Part shown: one piece after another, positions 14,241-28,089 of the stretch
How the letters are laid out: every line of letters begins with the position of its first letter
Numbering within the stretch: position 1 is the stretch's first letter
DNA from: Octopus sinensis
Lineage: Eukaryota
Assembly: GCF_006345805.1 (NCBI RefSeq)
Contig: NC_043003.1
Location: 68,076,001 to 68,140,000 of the forward strand
DNA: 64,000 bases
Reading direction: 5' to 3'
Notes under the pieces: model-generated
The model's database searches: none
Told to the model about the DNA's origin: nothing
What the model saw: the letters and a program-made list of their open reading frames with translations, nothing else
Position numbers and translations under genes: made by a program

Positions 14241-14874
14241 GCCTATGTTTCACTGCACATATATATATATATATTTGATAAAGGACGTCACCAATTTGAT
14301 GCGACTCTTTACTCTATATTGTTTTCTTCCTCCATCCTTCTCTAAATCCCTTTTCCTCCCATCTCTTCTTCACCGTTTTCTACCTCCCACAGTCTCTCCT
14401 CCTGTTTCTCTTTCTATCTCTGTCTCTCTCTCTCTCTCGTTGCTTACACGTGATCATCGACCATATTTCTTTTCCTCACATGACCCTCTGTCTTTTCCTG
14501 CACGGACGTTTAAAAGAACGGATGTGTTTTTTTTCTCTCTCTTCTATCGTTTCTCTTTTCAAAAAATGTCTCTCACAACATTCAATATTTTCCTCTCGTT
14601 CTGTTGTAACGACTCTCCATGTTTGTTTTCGTTCGGTTTCCTTATATATCTCTACTGTCCTTTTTTTGTTTCCAGCTTCGACCCTCCATAAATCCAAAAT
14701 TTCATTTCAGAATTTATGGGAGCAACTCTATATGAAGTCTCATATTGTTGTTGAATGCTCGAAATGTCGTGAATGCATGCGAAATGCTGCTAAGTATTTT
14801 GACTGATGTGCTAAAGTTTCTGCCAGTTCACTACTTTATTTACAGTTCAATATTAGTTTCAAATATTTGCACAA

Positions 14875-15884
14875 GGCTAGCGATTTCGGGGGAGGGGGGC
14901 ACCGGCGATTACATCAACCCCAGTACATCAAGATAGCCGAAATACCGCTAAGCATCGACTCCAGCATTCGCCTGGTACTTATTTTATCGACCCCCAAAAA
15001 TAATGAAAGGCAAAATTGACTGCGGTGAATTTTGAACCCGGAATGTAACGACAGACGAACTGCCGCTACGTAGTTTACCCAGAAAGCTAACGGCTCTGCC
15101 AGCTCGCTGCCTTTCCTGAAAATAACAATGCTTTATACTATTTTATTGACCCCGAATGATGAAAGGCAAAGTCGACCGCTGGAATTTGAACACAGATTGT
15201 AAAGACGAGTAAAATACCTATTTCTTTACTAAGCACAAGGGGCTAAAACAGAGAGGACAAACAAGGACAGACAAACGGATTAAGTCGATTACATCGATCC
15301 CAGTGCGTAACTGGTACTTAGTTGATCGACCCCGAAAGGATGTAAGGCAAAGTCGACCTCGGCGGAATTAGTACTCAGAACGCAGCGGCAGACGAAATAC
15401 TTATTTCTTTACTACTCTAAAGGGGCTAAACACAGAGAGGACAAACAAGGACAGACAAATGGATCAAGTCGATTATATCGACCCCAGTGCGTAACTGGAA
15501 CTTAATTTAATCGACCCGAAAGGATGAAAGGCAAAGTCGACCTCGCCGGAATTTGGACTCAGTACGTAGCGGCAGACATAATAAATCTATGCATTTCGCC
15601 CGGCGCGCTAACGATTCTGCCAGCTCGCCGCCTTTAAAGTTAGGCGAAATAACTATTTCTTTACTACCCACAAGGGGCTAAACGCAGAGGGGACAAACAA
15701 GGACAGACAAACTGATTACGCCGGTTATATCGACTCCAGTGCGTAACTGGTACTTAATTTATCCACCCCGAAAGGATGAAAGGCAAAATCGACCTCGGCG
15801 GAATTTGAACTCAGAACGTAACGGCAGACAAAATACGGCTACGCATTTCGCCCGGCGTGATAACGATTCTGCCAGCTCGCCGCC
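14875..15884 (-). mobile_element. Head-to-tail cluster of SINE family B copies
   Basis: Units at 14875-15114, 15145-15217 (fragment), 15218-15400 (5'-truncated), 15401-15634 and 15653-15884. They share gagttcaaattccgccgaggtcgactttgcctttcatcc, and the last three carry the gtcccctct...gccccttgtgggtagtaaagaaata-type tail. Confidence 0.92.
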
Positions 15885-15934
15885 ATCGTCTTCAGTTTAA
15901 CATTGAATTGTTTTCATAATTCGACGTCACAACA

Positions 15935-15937
<3 letters not shown>

Positions 15938-15973
<36 letters not shown>

Positions 15974-15977
15974 GCGT

Positions 15978-16020
<43 letters not shown>
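15938..16020. repeat. (TG)n microsatellite
   Basis: Directly visible. Confidence 0.97.
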
Positions 16021-16021
<1 letters not shown>

Positions 16022-16468
16022 ATGCACATAGAGGGAGATTTAAAGGAAAAGCAAATATTTGAAATATAAAGATGAAGTATCCAATCATGTATTGTGTTAG
16101 AGATGTCGCTTACATATCAAATAATGCGTCACGATTTTGAAACCAGATTTCCCTTTCTTCTGTAAGCTGCCCCATTCAATTTTAGTAGACTCTTTGTATT
16201 CTACGTTCGGCTTTGTTCTAACCTAACAAAAGTCTTCTATGATTATGCAAATAAAGAGACATTTGTAGTAGTTCCATTCACTAATACAACATTAAATTTC
16301 GACTCAGGCAAATATCATATCTAAAGTTAAAATAATATAGCTTAAGAATGATGTCTTCTATATATATATCTTGTCTCTGATTTCATCCTCTTAGAAATGT
16401 CATTTCTATAAATCTAAATCTATGAGTGATAAATAGAGTAAACTCTATCACACGAATCGTAGCAAAAT

Positions 16469-16569
<101 letters not shown>

Positions 16570-17189
16570 ATGATTTTACCCAATGTGGACAAGTTATAGA
16601 ATCAGTTTTTCCTGTTGCAAATCTTTCCCTAAGGTAAGACTGGAGATGTCTAGATTAAAATACGTATGCGTGTGTGTATATATACATGGACGTATGTGTA
16701 TATAGACACGCGTTTCTGTTCATTCGTGATTATATGTATATTTGAATGACTATATGGCAGTCATGTGATGAATTAATAAACGTGTGTGTGTCTCTGTGTG
16801 TGTGCGTGTTTGTGTGTCTTTAGTTAAAACAATTTTGTGAAGTATTTTCATGAGATTATTATTCATAAATTTTGATGCTGGTTCATGTAGGGAAATGCGT
16901 GCAAGGTAATATATGCATGTTTTTCTCTATCAGATGATAGGTTTATTTAAAAATTTATTATTTAGTAATTAGGTTGGATTTTTCGGAAATGTGAGAAATT
17001 CGAATTGTATTGACCTCATTTTATATTTGTTGAAATTAAGAGACCAATTAAGTTTTAGTAACATTATAAAATGTTATGTGATTGTAAAATTATCCTTCAA
17101 TTATCTCTTGAAATGTTTACACACTCAAAAACATTAAAAAACAAGATGGATGTCAAAGATTGGACAAATAGAAAATAAAACTGATGCAT

Positions 17190-17870
17190 GGGCAATAACC
17201 CTGAGTAGTGGAAGGCAGATGGGTAAGGAAAAGTGATTGGAAATTATTCAGAGGTATTAAAATACAGCGTTCAGGAAGAAGCTCTGAGAACTTGTTTCAC
17301 CAAATTCGAAATAAGTAAGAGTAGTGATGTTTGGTAGCAGTTTCAAATATTACGAGTGAGTGTAGCAAATCGACTCAAAAAGAAGACAAAAGAAGCCATA
17401 ATATTATAGCTAAGAATGTTTTACTGGAGTTTGTGTAGGAAGTAGTGTCTTGAGAGGACATGAAATGGTATGAGCATAAACCAGAAGGCATCAGCGAGAA
17501 TACTGAGTATTCTGTGGGATTTTAGTATCCTGTGTCACTCAGTGACTGATGCCGATGACCAGGCATGTGTGTAGTTGAGCAAAATCACTATTTTCGACAT
17601 TGCCATGCCTGGAGATGTACGAGTGGATGACTAAGATGTAGAATAGATTGAAAAATACAAGACACTAAGAATTGAAATTGCACGAATGTGGGCAGTGAAG
17701 CAAGTAACTGTCAGCCCTGTTGTTGCTGGGACAATCAGATCTGATAAAAATCCTTGAAGAAATGTAGAACATGCTCAGAAAGCTACTCTATTTTGATTTT
17801 GAGATAGTACTTGAACGTTGAGTATTCTTGCAAGAGACCTCGTGAGATCACTGCCCCCCCTCATAGAATT
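17190..17870 (+). mobile_element. RLE-type non-LTR retrotransposon 3' fragment (zinc-finger and endonuclease region)
   Basis: Fragments QEEALRT, ECSK..QKE.KRSHN, WYEHKPEGISEN, LWDFSI, DIAMPGDVRV and IEKYKTLRIEIARMWAVKQVTV.PVV.GT; followed by an (AAT)n tail. Confidence 0.85.
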
Positions 17871-17913
17871 ATCCGGGGCAAGTGAAGTCAAGGGCTCTGA
17901 GAAGTAAACAGAA

Positions 17914-17938
17914 AATAATAATAATAATATTAATAATA

Positions 17939-17983
<45 letters not shown>

Positions 17984-18077
17984 TAACAATGACAATAACA
18001 ATAATAATAATAATAATAACAACATCAATAATAAAAATAATAATGATAATAATAATAATAATAACAATAATAATAAC

Positions 18078-18115
<38 letters not shown>
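17914..18115. repeat. About 200-bp (AAT)n/(AAC)n tract
   Basis: Directly visible; lies just 3' of the RLE element. Confidence 0.95.
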
Positions 18116-18117
<2 letters not shown>

Positions 18118-18899
18118 CGTCATTGTGAACGGCGGGCGACACAACGGTATCTTGTATAATTACTGTACATACATTGCGGCAGATCCGAATGGGATGAAGT
18201 TAGATGTTATTGCATTACGCTACATGAGAAATCTTCTCCAATATGACGAATGTGGGTTCATACCACACTCAATTCATTAGCACAAGAGTGTTTGGGACGT
18301 GCAATGTCATCATTGTTTCTCGGCAGTTAGAACTTCTGGATTAATGCATCTTACAAGTATTCGAAGCTATCGCCAAAGAAGCCATCGGGTTTCAATCAGT
18401 CCTGTGGAATACTAGAGTGCTAAATACATGTCGTACGCACTAAAGAGAGACGGATTAATGTTGCAAAGACTCGGGAAAACCGTTTGACGCGAAAAAAAGT
18501 TTGTCAAAACAGTTTTAAAATGCTCAAGGCTACGAACTGTTTGGTTCTTAGGAGAATAAACTTCGATTAAAACCGAACATAAGATGGTTACATGTAGATT
18601 CTTCTGATGTCACCAAAGTGACGTACATTAAGATTCCTTAAAGTGTGTTTGTTTCAGGAATCTTGTTCTATAAAATTTCAATGATGCCTATATATGGTAC
18701 TTGCACCCGGAATATATGAATATGCATATATTTGTGGATACCATAAATACATTTGTTCCAGTTTAATCAATAGTGCCAAAGATTATTTCCATATACTTCG
18801 TAGGAGTTACTAGCATTATCTTTGCTACAGTGAAATACACAAATCATAACAATTTCTGTATTTTCAGAGACTAGTCTATAAGGTGCCATCTGTTATGTA

Positions 18900-20938
18900 T
18901 TGCTGCCTGTTTTTATTAAATTTCCTTGCTAACTTTGAACTCCATACCTTTCTCAATTTATGGCATGCCCTCCGGGCAAGAGATTTTGTTGCTATGATGT
19001 CTTTTTCAGTACTTTGTGTCCACGCGCCAAGGTATTTGGAATTTTCAGCTACCTTGAGCAACTTACAATCTCTCACTTTCTCTGACACAGGTGTTTCCTG
19101 ATTGAATACTTGCAGCCCTGGTTACCTTGCGTTACAGTACAATCCGACCTTCCCTGATTTCTGCTCTAATTTGCTTAGCACCTCCTCTGCCTGATCTGTC
19201 CTCTCCCGCTAGAAATGCCAAGTCATCAGCATAGTCTACGTCAGTCATTGTTACTGATTGATGCCGTCTAGGACTTTGCCTATGCAATTTGAATCTTCAC
19301 TCTTTTCCTTGCTCTTGTACGTTCTACGCATTAGATAGTCCAGAACGATGGCGAATAGATGAGGTGCTAGCGTGTCGCCATGTAATACTCCGACTTTGAT
19401 TTCAAAGTATTCCGTCTCTCCATCAGAAGTGATTGCATTCGCTCTGGTATTCCCATACACCTTACTTATTATTCTCAGAATTCTTGGTGGAATATCATAT
19501 GCTTTAAGTATCATCATCATTCCTCTTTGTACTGAATCAAAAACCCTTTTAAAGTCTACATAGATAATGATAGCTTTCGTGTTATGGCCCTTAACTCCCC
19601 CTATCAGTCTTCTAAGTGCAACAATGTGAGATGTTGTTGCTTTTCCTGGATCTGAATCCATTTTGATTTGGTCGCAATTGTTTGTCTATCTTAGGTCGTA
19701 TTCGGTTAAGTATCACATTGTTGACCATTTTGCGACAATGGATGAGAGACCAATCCCTCTGTAATTCTCAGCATCACTTATGTCTCCAGTTTTGAGCAGC
19801 GGTAACAAGTCTCTCTTTGACCAGTGTTCTGGCTTCACATTGTCATTTAGTAGTTTGTTTGCACATCTTTTTAGTACTTCTGGTGAGATATTGTCAGAAC
19901 CAGTTTATTTTCCTTCTTTCAGGTTACCTGTAGCTCTTTCTATTTCTTGTTTTGTGAAGTCTCTACCCTCGATTTCCAAACCGTCAAGTATCTTTGCTAA
20001 TTCCTTTATTATTTCACTGTCAACTTCTGGATCCTTCTCAAGGAAGTTGTAGAAATGAGTATATCACTTCTTGATTCACTCGTCCTTTGATTTCCCTTTG
20101 ATGATTCCCTGCTTTGCAGCTTTGCGACAGGTGAAGGAGTTAATCAATCTCCAACTTTCTCCGTGCTTACTCTTTGTGTCTGCATTTTCGACCTGGGAGA
20201 TCATTTCATACAGTTCTTCTTCTTGAATCTCTTTGTACACCTGTTATAGACCCTCTTTCTTTGTAAATTTGTTTAGTATCGTTGTTGGCAGCTTTTTGAT
20301 AGTTTCTGAATGTGTCTTCTACTTCACTGCCTGCTTTTTCTACCCTAGCATCATCAGCTTTCTTCGATTCATCCTCTTTCTTGTCGGTATCAGTTTTACT
20401 GCCGCTTCTACATTTGATTGCACAAAGTTCCCATATTGCTCTGTAATAGTATCCTTGTTGTTGGATAGTTCGGCAAATCTGATACGCACTGTAACCATAC
20501 AAAGCTGTTGAAGTTCTGTATTTCGCAATGCAGACATATCGTAGCACTTTTCTTTTTCTTGTAGGAGTTTTACTTGTACGTAGACTAAGACGTAGTTCGG
20601 CTGTTTCTAAGAGATAGTTCCCCCGCCTAAGCTGCTAAAGCTGTTATATGCTTCTAGATTGTATACAGAATCCTTCCATTTCTTATTAATCTGTATGTAA
20701 TCAGTTTGCGACTTGCTACCATTCATGTTGAAGATAAATATCCATTGATTTCCTTTCTTTTTCTCGAACAGAGTGATGCGAAGATTACATTCCGCTCCAT
20801 GGTCCAGAAGAAACTGGCCATTCTTGTTGATCTCCTTTTGGAACGTATGGCTAACATCAACATCGGCCAAATGAGAATTAAAAACATCGCATTCTATAGA
20901 AAACTGTTGTTCTGGTATTTCAGTGACGACATATGTTT
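18900..20938 (-). mobile_element. RTE-clade LINE, inverted 5' segment (APE endonuclease C-half through RT)
   Basis: Minus-strand EN motifs FNSHL, NKNGQFL and SQTDYIQINKKW; RT motifs YVDFKRVFDSV, GVLHGDTLAPHLFAIVLDYLMR, KYLGAW and ACHKLRKVWSSKL. Confidence 0.92.
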
Positions 20939-21320
20939 CTGGTAACAGTGGAGTCTTTTCTTCTATACGGCGCTGAAACATGGACGCTCACTAGAGCATT
21001 TAAGAAGCAGTTGGACGGTTGTTATAGGAGGATACTTAGAATGGCACTCATACAACAATATACCAGAGACTACCAAAAGTAACATTGAAGATACATCCTA
21101 GAAGGATGAGGCTAGCTGGACATTGTATCTGACACATCGATGAAATTGCAACCAACGGAAGGAAGAACCAGGAGAGGAAGGAGGAAGATGACCTATATCG
21201 ACAACTTGCTGAAGGATACCGGAATAGAAGGGGTACAGGAACTAAGGACCGTTATGGAATATTGAGATGTATGGATAAATCGTGTGGAAGCAGTCCTGGG
21301 TGTCCTGCGGAACAACCTGG
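20935..21320 (+). mobile_element. RTE-clade LINE 3' segment in sense orientation
   Basis: Plus strand reads FLVTVESFLLYGAETWTLT..LDGCYRRILRMAL, RMRLAGHCI and TYIDNLLKDTG, the natural continuation of the minus segment's end at about 18910. Confidence 0.88.
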
Positions 21321-21723
21321 ATAGAGATATCTTATTAATTTTATATTAAATTGTTTCCTACACAGATATATTTTGTGAAGTTCCTATACAGATCATTAGT
21401 GTTGATTTGATATACGTATGTTGAGCTATACAGTGTTATGATAGAAGGTCCAAGAAAACAGGCGTTGTCTTAAAACTCAGAATTTATAACTTTTATTTTG
21501 GGACATTAGAATCGACAGTGGACACTAGCAGTTTTTGTTATTCATATTTGGGTTTCTAATTTGGCTTCCTAATTGTAAATAATTAATCCTAGATTATCTT
21601 CTAAGTAACACGTTTTCAAATTAGTTCTAAAAGTAACTTGACAATATATTCACCTATTCTGTAGTCAGTGTCCAAGTTCATTTATGCATTATATATATGT
21701 ACACACTCACACACGCACTGACA

Positions 21724-21773
<50 letters not shown>

Positions 21774-22179
21774 ATGGGTGCGTGTATGTATGATGTATTT
21801 GTTACACTATGTTTGGGTCTGTATGCTCCTACGTTTTGCTTCATATATTTATCAGATTAGTGCTTTTGGCAACAACTTTTATTTCGTATATTTATTTATC
21901 TAATCCCTCGCATATTAAAATGAATATAAAGGTTCTAATGAAGCTGTATATAAATGAAATGCTGTTTCACTGTCGACACTGACCTCCTTCATAAATACTT
22001 AAACATGTAACTGCGTTAAATGTTAAATACTTGAATATTTGCCAGTTAGTAACGCAGATGTATGGAATATGGATACTGAAAATGTATTTTCTCCGAAGAA
22101 ATTTCAAACAACGACTAAGAATATATAAGTAATAATGAAAAAAACTAAATGTATATGTGTGTGTATGTGTATTTGACTA

Positions 22180-22199
22180 TGTATGTGTGTGTGTGTGTG

Positions 22200-22254
<55 letters not shown>

Positions 22255-22264
22255 CTAGGTAGAT

Positions 22265-22346
<82 letters not shown>

Positions 22347-22365
22347 GTAGATAGATATATAGATA
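22180..22365. repeat. (TG)n/(GATA)n microsatellite
   Basis: Directly visible. Confidence 0.95.
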
Positions 22366-22547
22366 AATAAATCTGTTTTTATGTTCAATTAAATAACACA
22401 ATTCTGCATTAATCTGAAGGTTTACTCTATACTTTGGTAGAGTACAAATTTATTATTCTTATACAACAATAAGCATGTTGAAGAATAATATTTGTGGTGT
22501 GTGTGTGTGTGTGTATGTGTGTGTGTGAAATATGTATGCGTATACAC

Positions 22548-22654
<107 letters not shown>

Positions 22655-22933
22655 AATCATATAACTATTTTTAGATTTAGATTTATATAAAATACCCAGA
22701 AAGCTACCCCTTAACCCTACACTTTGAAAAACGATCAATTCCTCTAATACAACCAATTCTTTCCTGATGGAGCTCTCCAGGTTTATATCTACCATAAGTA
22801 ATTCTTCACATCTACATGTCTTCTCGGTTAAAACTGGTATCTCTACACCCTCCCGGTTAAGACATATACCAAAATCGGACTGCAGAATAGACTTTAACCA
22901 TTCACAAGTAACAATGTGTTGTTTTATATATAT

Positions 22934-22969
<36 letters not shown>

Positions 22970-24848
22970 ATAACACATTGCTTCTCTGCGGCTGTTACTT
23001 CCTTCTATATGGAGCTTTCCTTCCCTTTACTTTCTGGCGAAACGCTGCGCCCCCACATTTTCCATCATAAAATTTCTGTGAATGTCAATCTAATATAATC
23101 ATTGTGTATGTCCGCTTGACTTTTGTCTCTGTTTTTCCTGCTTTTCTATGTATATATATATATATATATTATATATTATATATATATATTCTTTTATATA
23201 ATAATGCATCACTATTCTTACTTGTAATGTTCATCGGTTTGAAGATGCATTATTGTTCCGAAAATGGGTGATTTTACAAGCGAGATTTCGTGGTTGACAT
23301 GCTTGTGTAAGTGCGGTAAAAATAATTTTTAATCAAAGTTTTTCGAAATACTTCACTAGACGCATCTTGATACATGAACATAGAATTAAGTGCGTTTTGT
23401 TTCGTCTACTTAAGAGCCTGGATTGAAAGGAAATTTCAAGAAACTACAAAAGTTACTTTGCGAGTTGAAGACATGAATCTTATAATAAATTTTGGTTTTG
23501 TAATGTTATCGAAACTTCTAATGGAAGTGCAAATATATAAAGACCTCCCATCTACCTGCTTCTATACAGTTCAAACAAACAAGCCCCCCCCCCCATATTA
23601 TCGAAGAGACAAGTATAGTTCATTTCCTTAACAAAGACTATTAAAAGTCGTTCTTCTTTACTGATTTTTCAATGACCGATACTGTTCTTTTAATTGCTGT
23701 TGCGATACCATGTTTTGATGCTAAATTTTGACTAATATTATACACAGATCTTTTCACTGCTAAACCCTAGAGACGTATGGCGATATTGTATTGTTATTTT
23801 GATGGGTTCCCTATTATGACACCTAGCTGCAAATTCATATGTTGGCAACTGAATTGGTAGTCCTAAAGCCGACAAATAATGTTTATGGCCGTGTAATCAA
23901 TAATGTTGAAATACCAATTAATTAGCTCGAATGCACATCAATAACATCTGTCATTTGTTACAAAAGAAAACTGATAATCGAAAGATAAACATGAATTGTT
24001 CTTGAAATACCAACTTCTGAAGAAATCATAACGGTTTGTTGAACGCAGGCGAAATGCCAAAGAGGCAGATCTACCCAAGGAATTAAAAGCTATACGAAAC
24101 TGAAGGCAGTATTGTTAATTGAAAATAAAGGTCTTGCAACTGGAACTACAACGCATCAGGTACGGGTTTCTATTCAGTGATAAGTCCTATTTCGTGTGAA
24201 GTGAGCAATATTTCTATTTGTTTGTTCTAAAGTGTAAGAAAGCACCAGACAGATATAATACTTCTTTGCTCTAAATCACTGCAAGTATCCACAGAAAAAC
24301 TTGCCCTGATTCAGAAAAAAAAAACATAAACAACTATTTCACTAACAATGCAACTCGCAGAGACGGAATTTCCAATTTACATTAATGTGCTTTCTTGGGA
24401 TTAGAATGATAGTTGCCGCTAATTCTTCTGTTAGCGCTTTCTAAAGATTGAAAAGAAAAAAAAACACATCAGTTTTCGGTTTGTTTTCTTTGTAGAGTTT
24501 ATTAAAGAGTGGAAAAATCAGCATTCATTTAGTCTAGGAAAATGGTAAACGAAACAAGAAATAAAAATCCGTGATTCACTGCTTGTACTCAGATTAGAGA
24601 TGTAGACTGCATCATCCAAAAACAATACACACTGCACTAAAGAGTAGTTCTTAGCGTTCGACAGCGTTTCGTGTGTCTACCCAATACTTATCGCCATGCT
24701 TGTATTGATTCGGAACTAATTCTCTCCCGCGCGCCAAACAATGAAGAGAGGACCAAGTGGAGATTTTAACTGTACGATTATTCACTTGAATATCAACTAC
24801 GTTACTCTACGAACACTCGGGTGTATATGTTGTGTTTAGACATTGATA

Positions 24849-24899
<51 letters not shown>

Positions 24900-26350
24900 G
24901 TGCATATAAGATGGAAAAAGTTACGGAAAAAAGGTTATCGGGGATTGCACTAAATGGATTACGTTGATAAGATTTCAAACTTGATAACCTTGTAAACTTT
25001 ATTGAAAAGTATACACATTTTACACAATTGATATTATTGACTATTGTGATCTATACAATCTGCATAATAGATGTAATCAGCTATAACATTGTCTTGATCC
25101 AGAACAATGATATATAGAATAATACTGGAAATTATTTCACAAAATTACAATATATTTTAAATTCATATTAGACGAAGGTTCCCCATAACTTTGGGAATAT
25201 GTTTCATTTATTCTCATTATTCCTGAGGGAACAGAGAATTATTGAAATGCTATGAATAGTTAATTGATTCTCCATGTCTCCAGTAACAATTGTAAGCCAC
25301 AACTGTTTCAGTTTTGCCAATGTTTATGCTTAATAATTGTATACATCAGGAAAAAAAACAAGACCTAAGATACACAGAATATATTGAATAAGTAATGACA
25401 TGAAAAGGCATAAATTTGGAAGAACATATTCAATATAATCGATTTCCTGAATTAAATTTATTTCCTCGCTTCGTAGTTGATTGTTTAGAAATCAGAATAT
25501 AGAAGAACCAAACAATACCAATCATTTTTGCCCGAACTTTTATTGTTTCTACGAGACCACTGCCTTCGAAACCCAAAGAAATATTCCAATATCAATTTGT
25601 AAATGGGCACTGCATATGTTATATTCATTGTTACTGTTTAGTCCGATGTGAATCTCATACAATGTTTGTGTGACTAAGGGCTTCTCAGCAAAGATTTGTG
25701 TGTTCTTTTGTACAAAGATTTATCCAATATTGTCTTCCATTTATAAGCCTATAGTTGACCATTTAAAAGAGATTCAGATGTGAACTCTTGCGAAATTTCG
25801 TGATGCGATGAGACGCTCTCTTTCCATTTAGTTTTGATTCATATGTTTCTCAAATAAAAATATCCCCAAGATTACCACACAATACATTTAACTCAGGTGA
25901 TGCTCAGCCAAATGAACCCGGAACCATGATCTTTTTCTCTTTTTCTTGTTGTTGAAAACTTACTAATTCCCAACGTTCTACACAGCTATAGCAGAATACA
26001 GTTGCTTAAATTAACGCTAGACCTGGAGAGCTCTATTGAATACGAAACGATGGAGGATAAAGTCGAATGACCTCATTGTGCCATATCGTTAAAAATAGAT
26101 ATCTCAAAGTAGATTTTTAATCTCGCTACAGATGACATCGGATTTGGCAATAGAGCGGTGTTATAAAGGTCATTTTTAATATTTACTATTGCAACTAAAT
26201 ACCGAAATCCAGTTTTACAACCAAGAAACCATCTTTTTAATACCTCACTACTAGTACTATTAAAAAATACGGATTGGCCGTTAATGGAAGTTTAACACTA
26301 GAATTATTGAACTTAATGTTCATCCCAACTGTTATTTTACCCATTGTGTG

Positions 26351-26562
26351 TAAGGCGGCGAGCTGGCAGAAAGGTTAGCACGCCGGGCGAAATGCTTAGC
26401 AGTATTTCGTCTGCTGCTACGTTCTGAGTTCAAATTCCGCCGAGGTCGACTTTGCCTTTCATCCCTTCGGCGTCGATAAATTAAGTACCAGTGAAAGACT
26501 GGGCTCGATATAATCGGCTAACCCCCTCCCTGTTTCAGGCCTTGTGCCTATTGTAGAAAGTA
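26351..26562 (+). mobile_element. SINE family B, full length, with the caggccttgtgcctattgtagaaag tail variant
   Basis: Head aaggcggcgagctggcagaaaggttagc; B box gagttcaaattcc. Confidence 0.92.
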
Positions 26563-27394
26563 TTATACACATTGTGTTACCAACTAAATTAAACAACGTA
26601 CTACTTTTGAAGTTTGTGAGAATTGGGTTTTCACAGATTGTGCTTGCTATATATAACAAGCCGACGTATTGCACTCTCGTAGATATTTCAGTGGTAGTTA
26701 TATAAAATATAATTCACACATTTTATCACAAATTCTTTGATATCCAAATACAAATATGTAAACAAATATAAATATGAATTCATGGCTCTGAAATCTTCTA
26801 AGAGTATGAATATGTATTCGATTGAACTAATATAAAACTTTATGTATCATCAAAAATAGAAAATGCAGTTACACTTTTCCTTGCATTCTAAATAGTGTTC
26901 AAAGTTAGCATCCTTTGATATATTTCAACAAAACTAATAACATTTGTCACAGGTTGATATTTTTGTATAAATCTGACTTACTCCGAGAGTGGCTCTAATA
27001 GAAATGTTTTAAAATAGTAAGTTCCACACATTTTCTGTGGTGAGGGGGCATGGTTAATACTGCCTTCGTAATTGATTGTTCCATTCATCATTCCGTTTTG
27101 ATGAATGTATGACAGTCAGGTTCCGAGTGAACTTAAGGTGTTCTACAAAGTTTGAACCCAAATTGATAATAAATTAACGTAAAGACCCTTGCCTTTTATT
27201 TTATGCTGTGGTTTAATCCTTGATGAATTTTCTTTTTTATCTCACTGTGTGGAGAAATGAAATTAAACTAATACTCTAGAATTGATATTATAGACTAAAC
27301 AATTCCGCTAAAATTATACATCCGTCATTATATAGTACGATATTCCTACGTATTTAATGAAAACTATAGAAGCGAAACCGAAACAGGTCACATG

Positions 27395-27395
<1 letters not shown>

Positions 27396-27480
<85 letters not shown>
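27396..27480. repeat. (TA)n(TG)n microsatellite
   Basis: Directly visible. Confidence 0.95.
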
Positions 27481-27481
<1 letters not shown>

Positions 27482-27683
27482 CGTGAGTGTATGTGCTTGT
27501 GTGTGTGCTTGGAATCTATGTACATTAATAGAACGAAACTTACATTCGCAAAGAATTCTACCATAAAAACAGAGATGCATCCGAACGGAATATTTTCGAA
27601 AAATGTTTATGCATCAAAATATCTGTGTTAAACAAGTACCTTGCTTTGTTAACTCATAGACATTTATATAAAATACGCACACG

Positions 27684-28075
27684 CGGGACTGGCTGTGTGG
27701 TAAGAACCTTGCTTCCCAACCACATGGTTCCGGGTTCAGTCCCACTACGTTGCTCCTTAGGCTAGTGTCTTCTATTACAGCCTCGGGCAGCCTTGGCAGT
27801 GGATTTGGTAGACGGGAACAGAAAGAAGCCCGTCGTGTATATATATATGTGTGTATATATTTGTGTGTGTGTCTGTGTTTGTCTCCCCACCATCACTTGA
27901 CAACCGATGCATTCGTCCCCGTAACTTAGCGGTTCGGCAAAGAAGGCCGATAGAATAAGTACTAGGTTTACAAAGAATAAGTCCTGGTGTAGATTTGTTC
28001 GACTGAAGGCAGTACTCCAGCATGGCCGCTGTCAAAAAACTGAAACCAGTGAAAGAATATAAGAGTGAAAGAATA
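27684..28075 (+). mobile_element. SINE family A, full length
   Basis: Head tggctgtgtggtaagaaccttgc...; tail gcatggccgctgtcaaaaaactgaaac. Confidence 0.9.
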
Positions 28076-28089
28076 AAGGAAAGATTTAA

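Noticed and set aside
14875-15884. Regular ~200-bp array as CRISPR or satellite
   Set aside because: Units are recognisable SINE copies with tRNA-like heads.
22755-22840. CTGATGG hammerhead-like start
   Set aside because: No matching GAAA or stem III, and no stem I.
24049-24159. 111-nt open plus-strand exon candidate (AKCQRGRSTQG...)
   Set aside because: Weak acceptor and unrecognised peptide; another frame looks like a decayed relic.
26459-26674. ORF MQYVGLLYIASTICENP...
   Set aside because: Runs into a SINE on the opposite strand; no recognisable domain.
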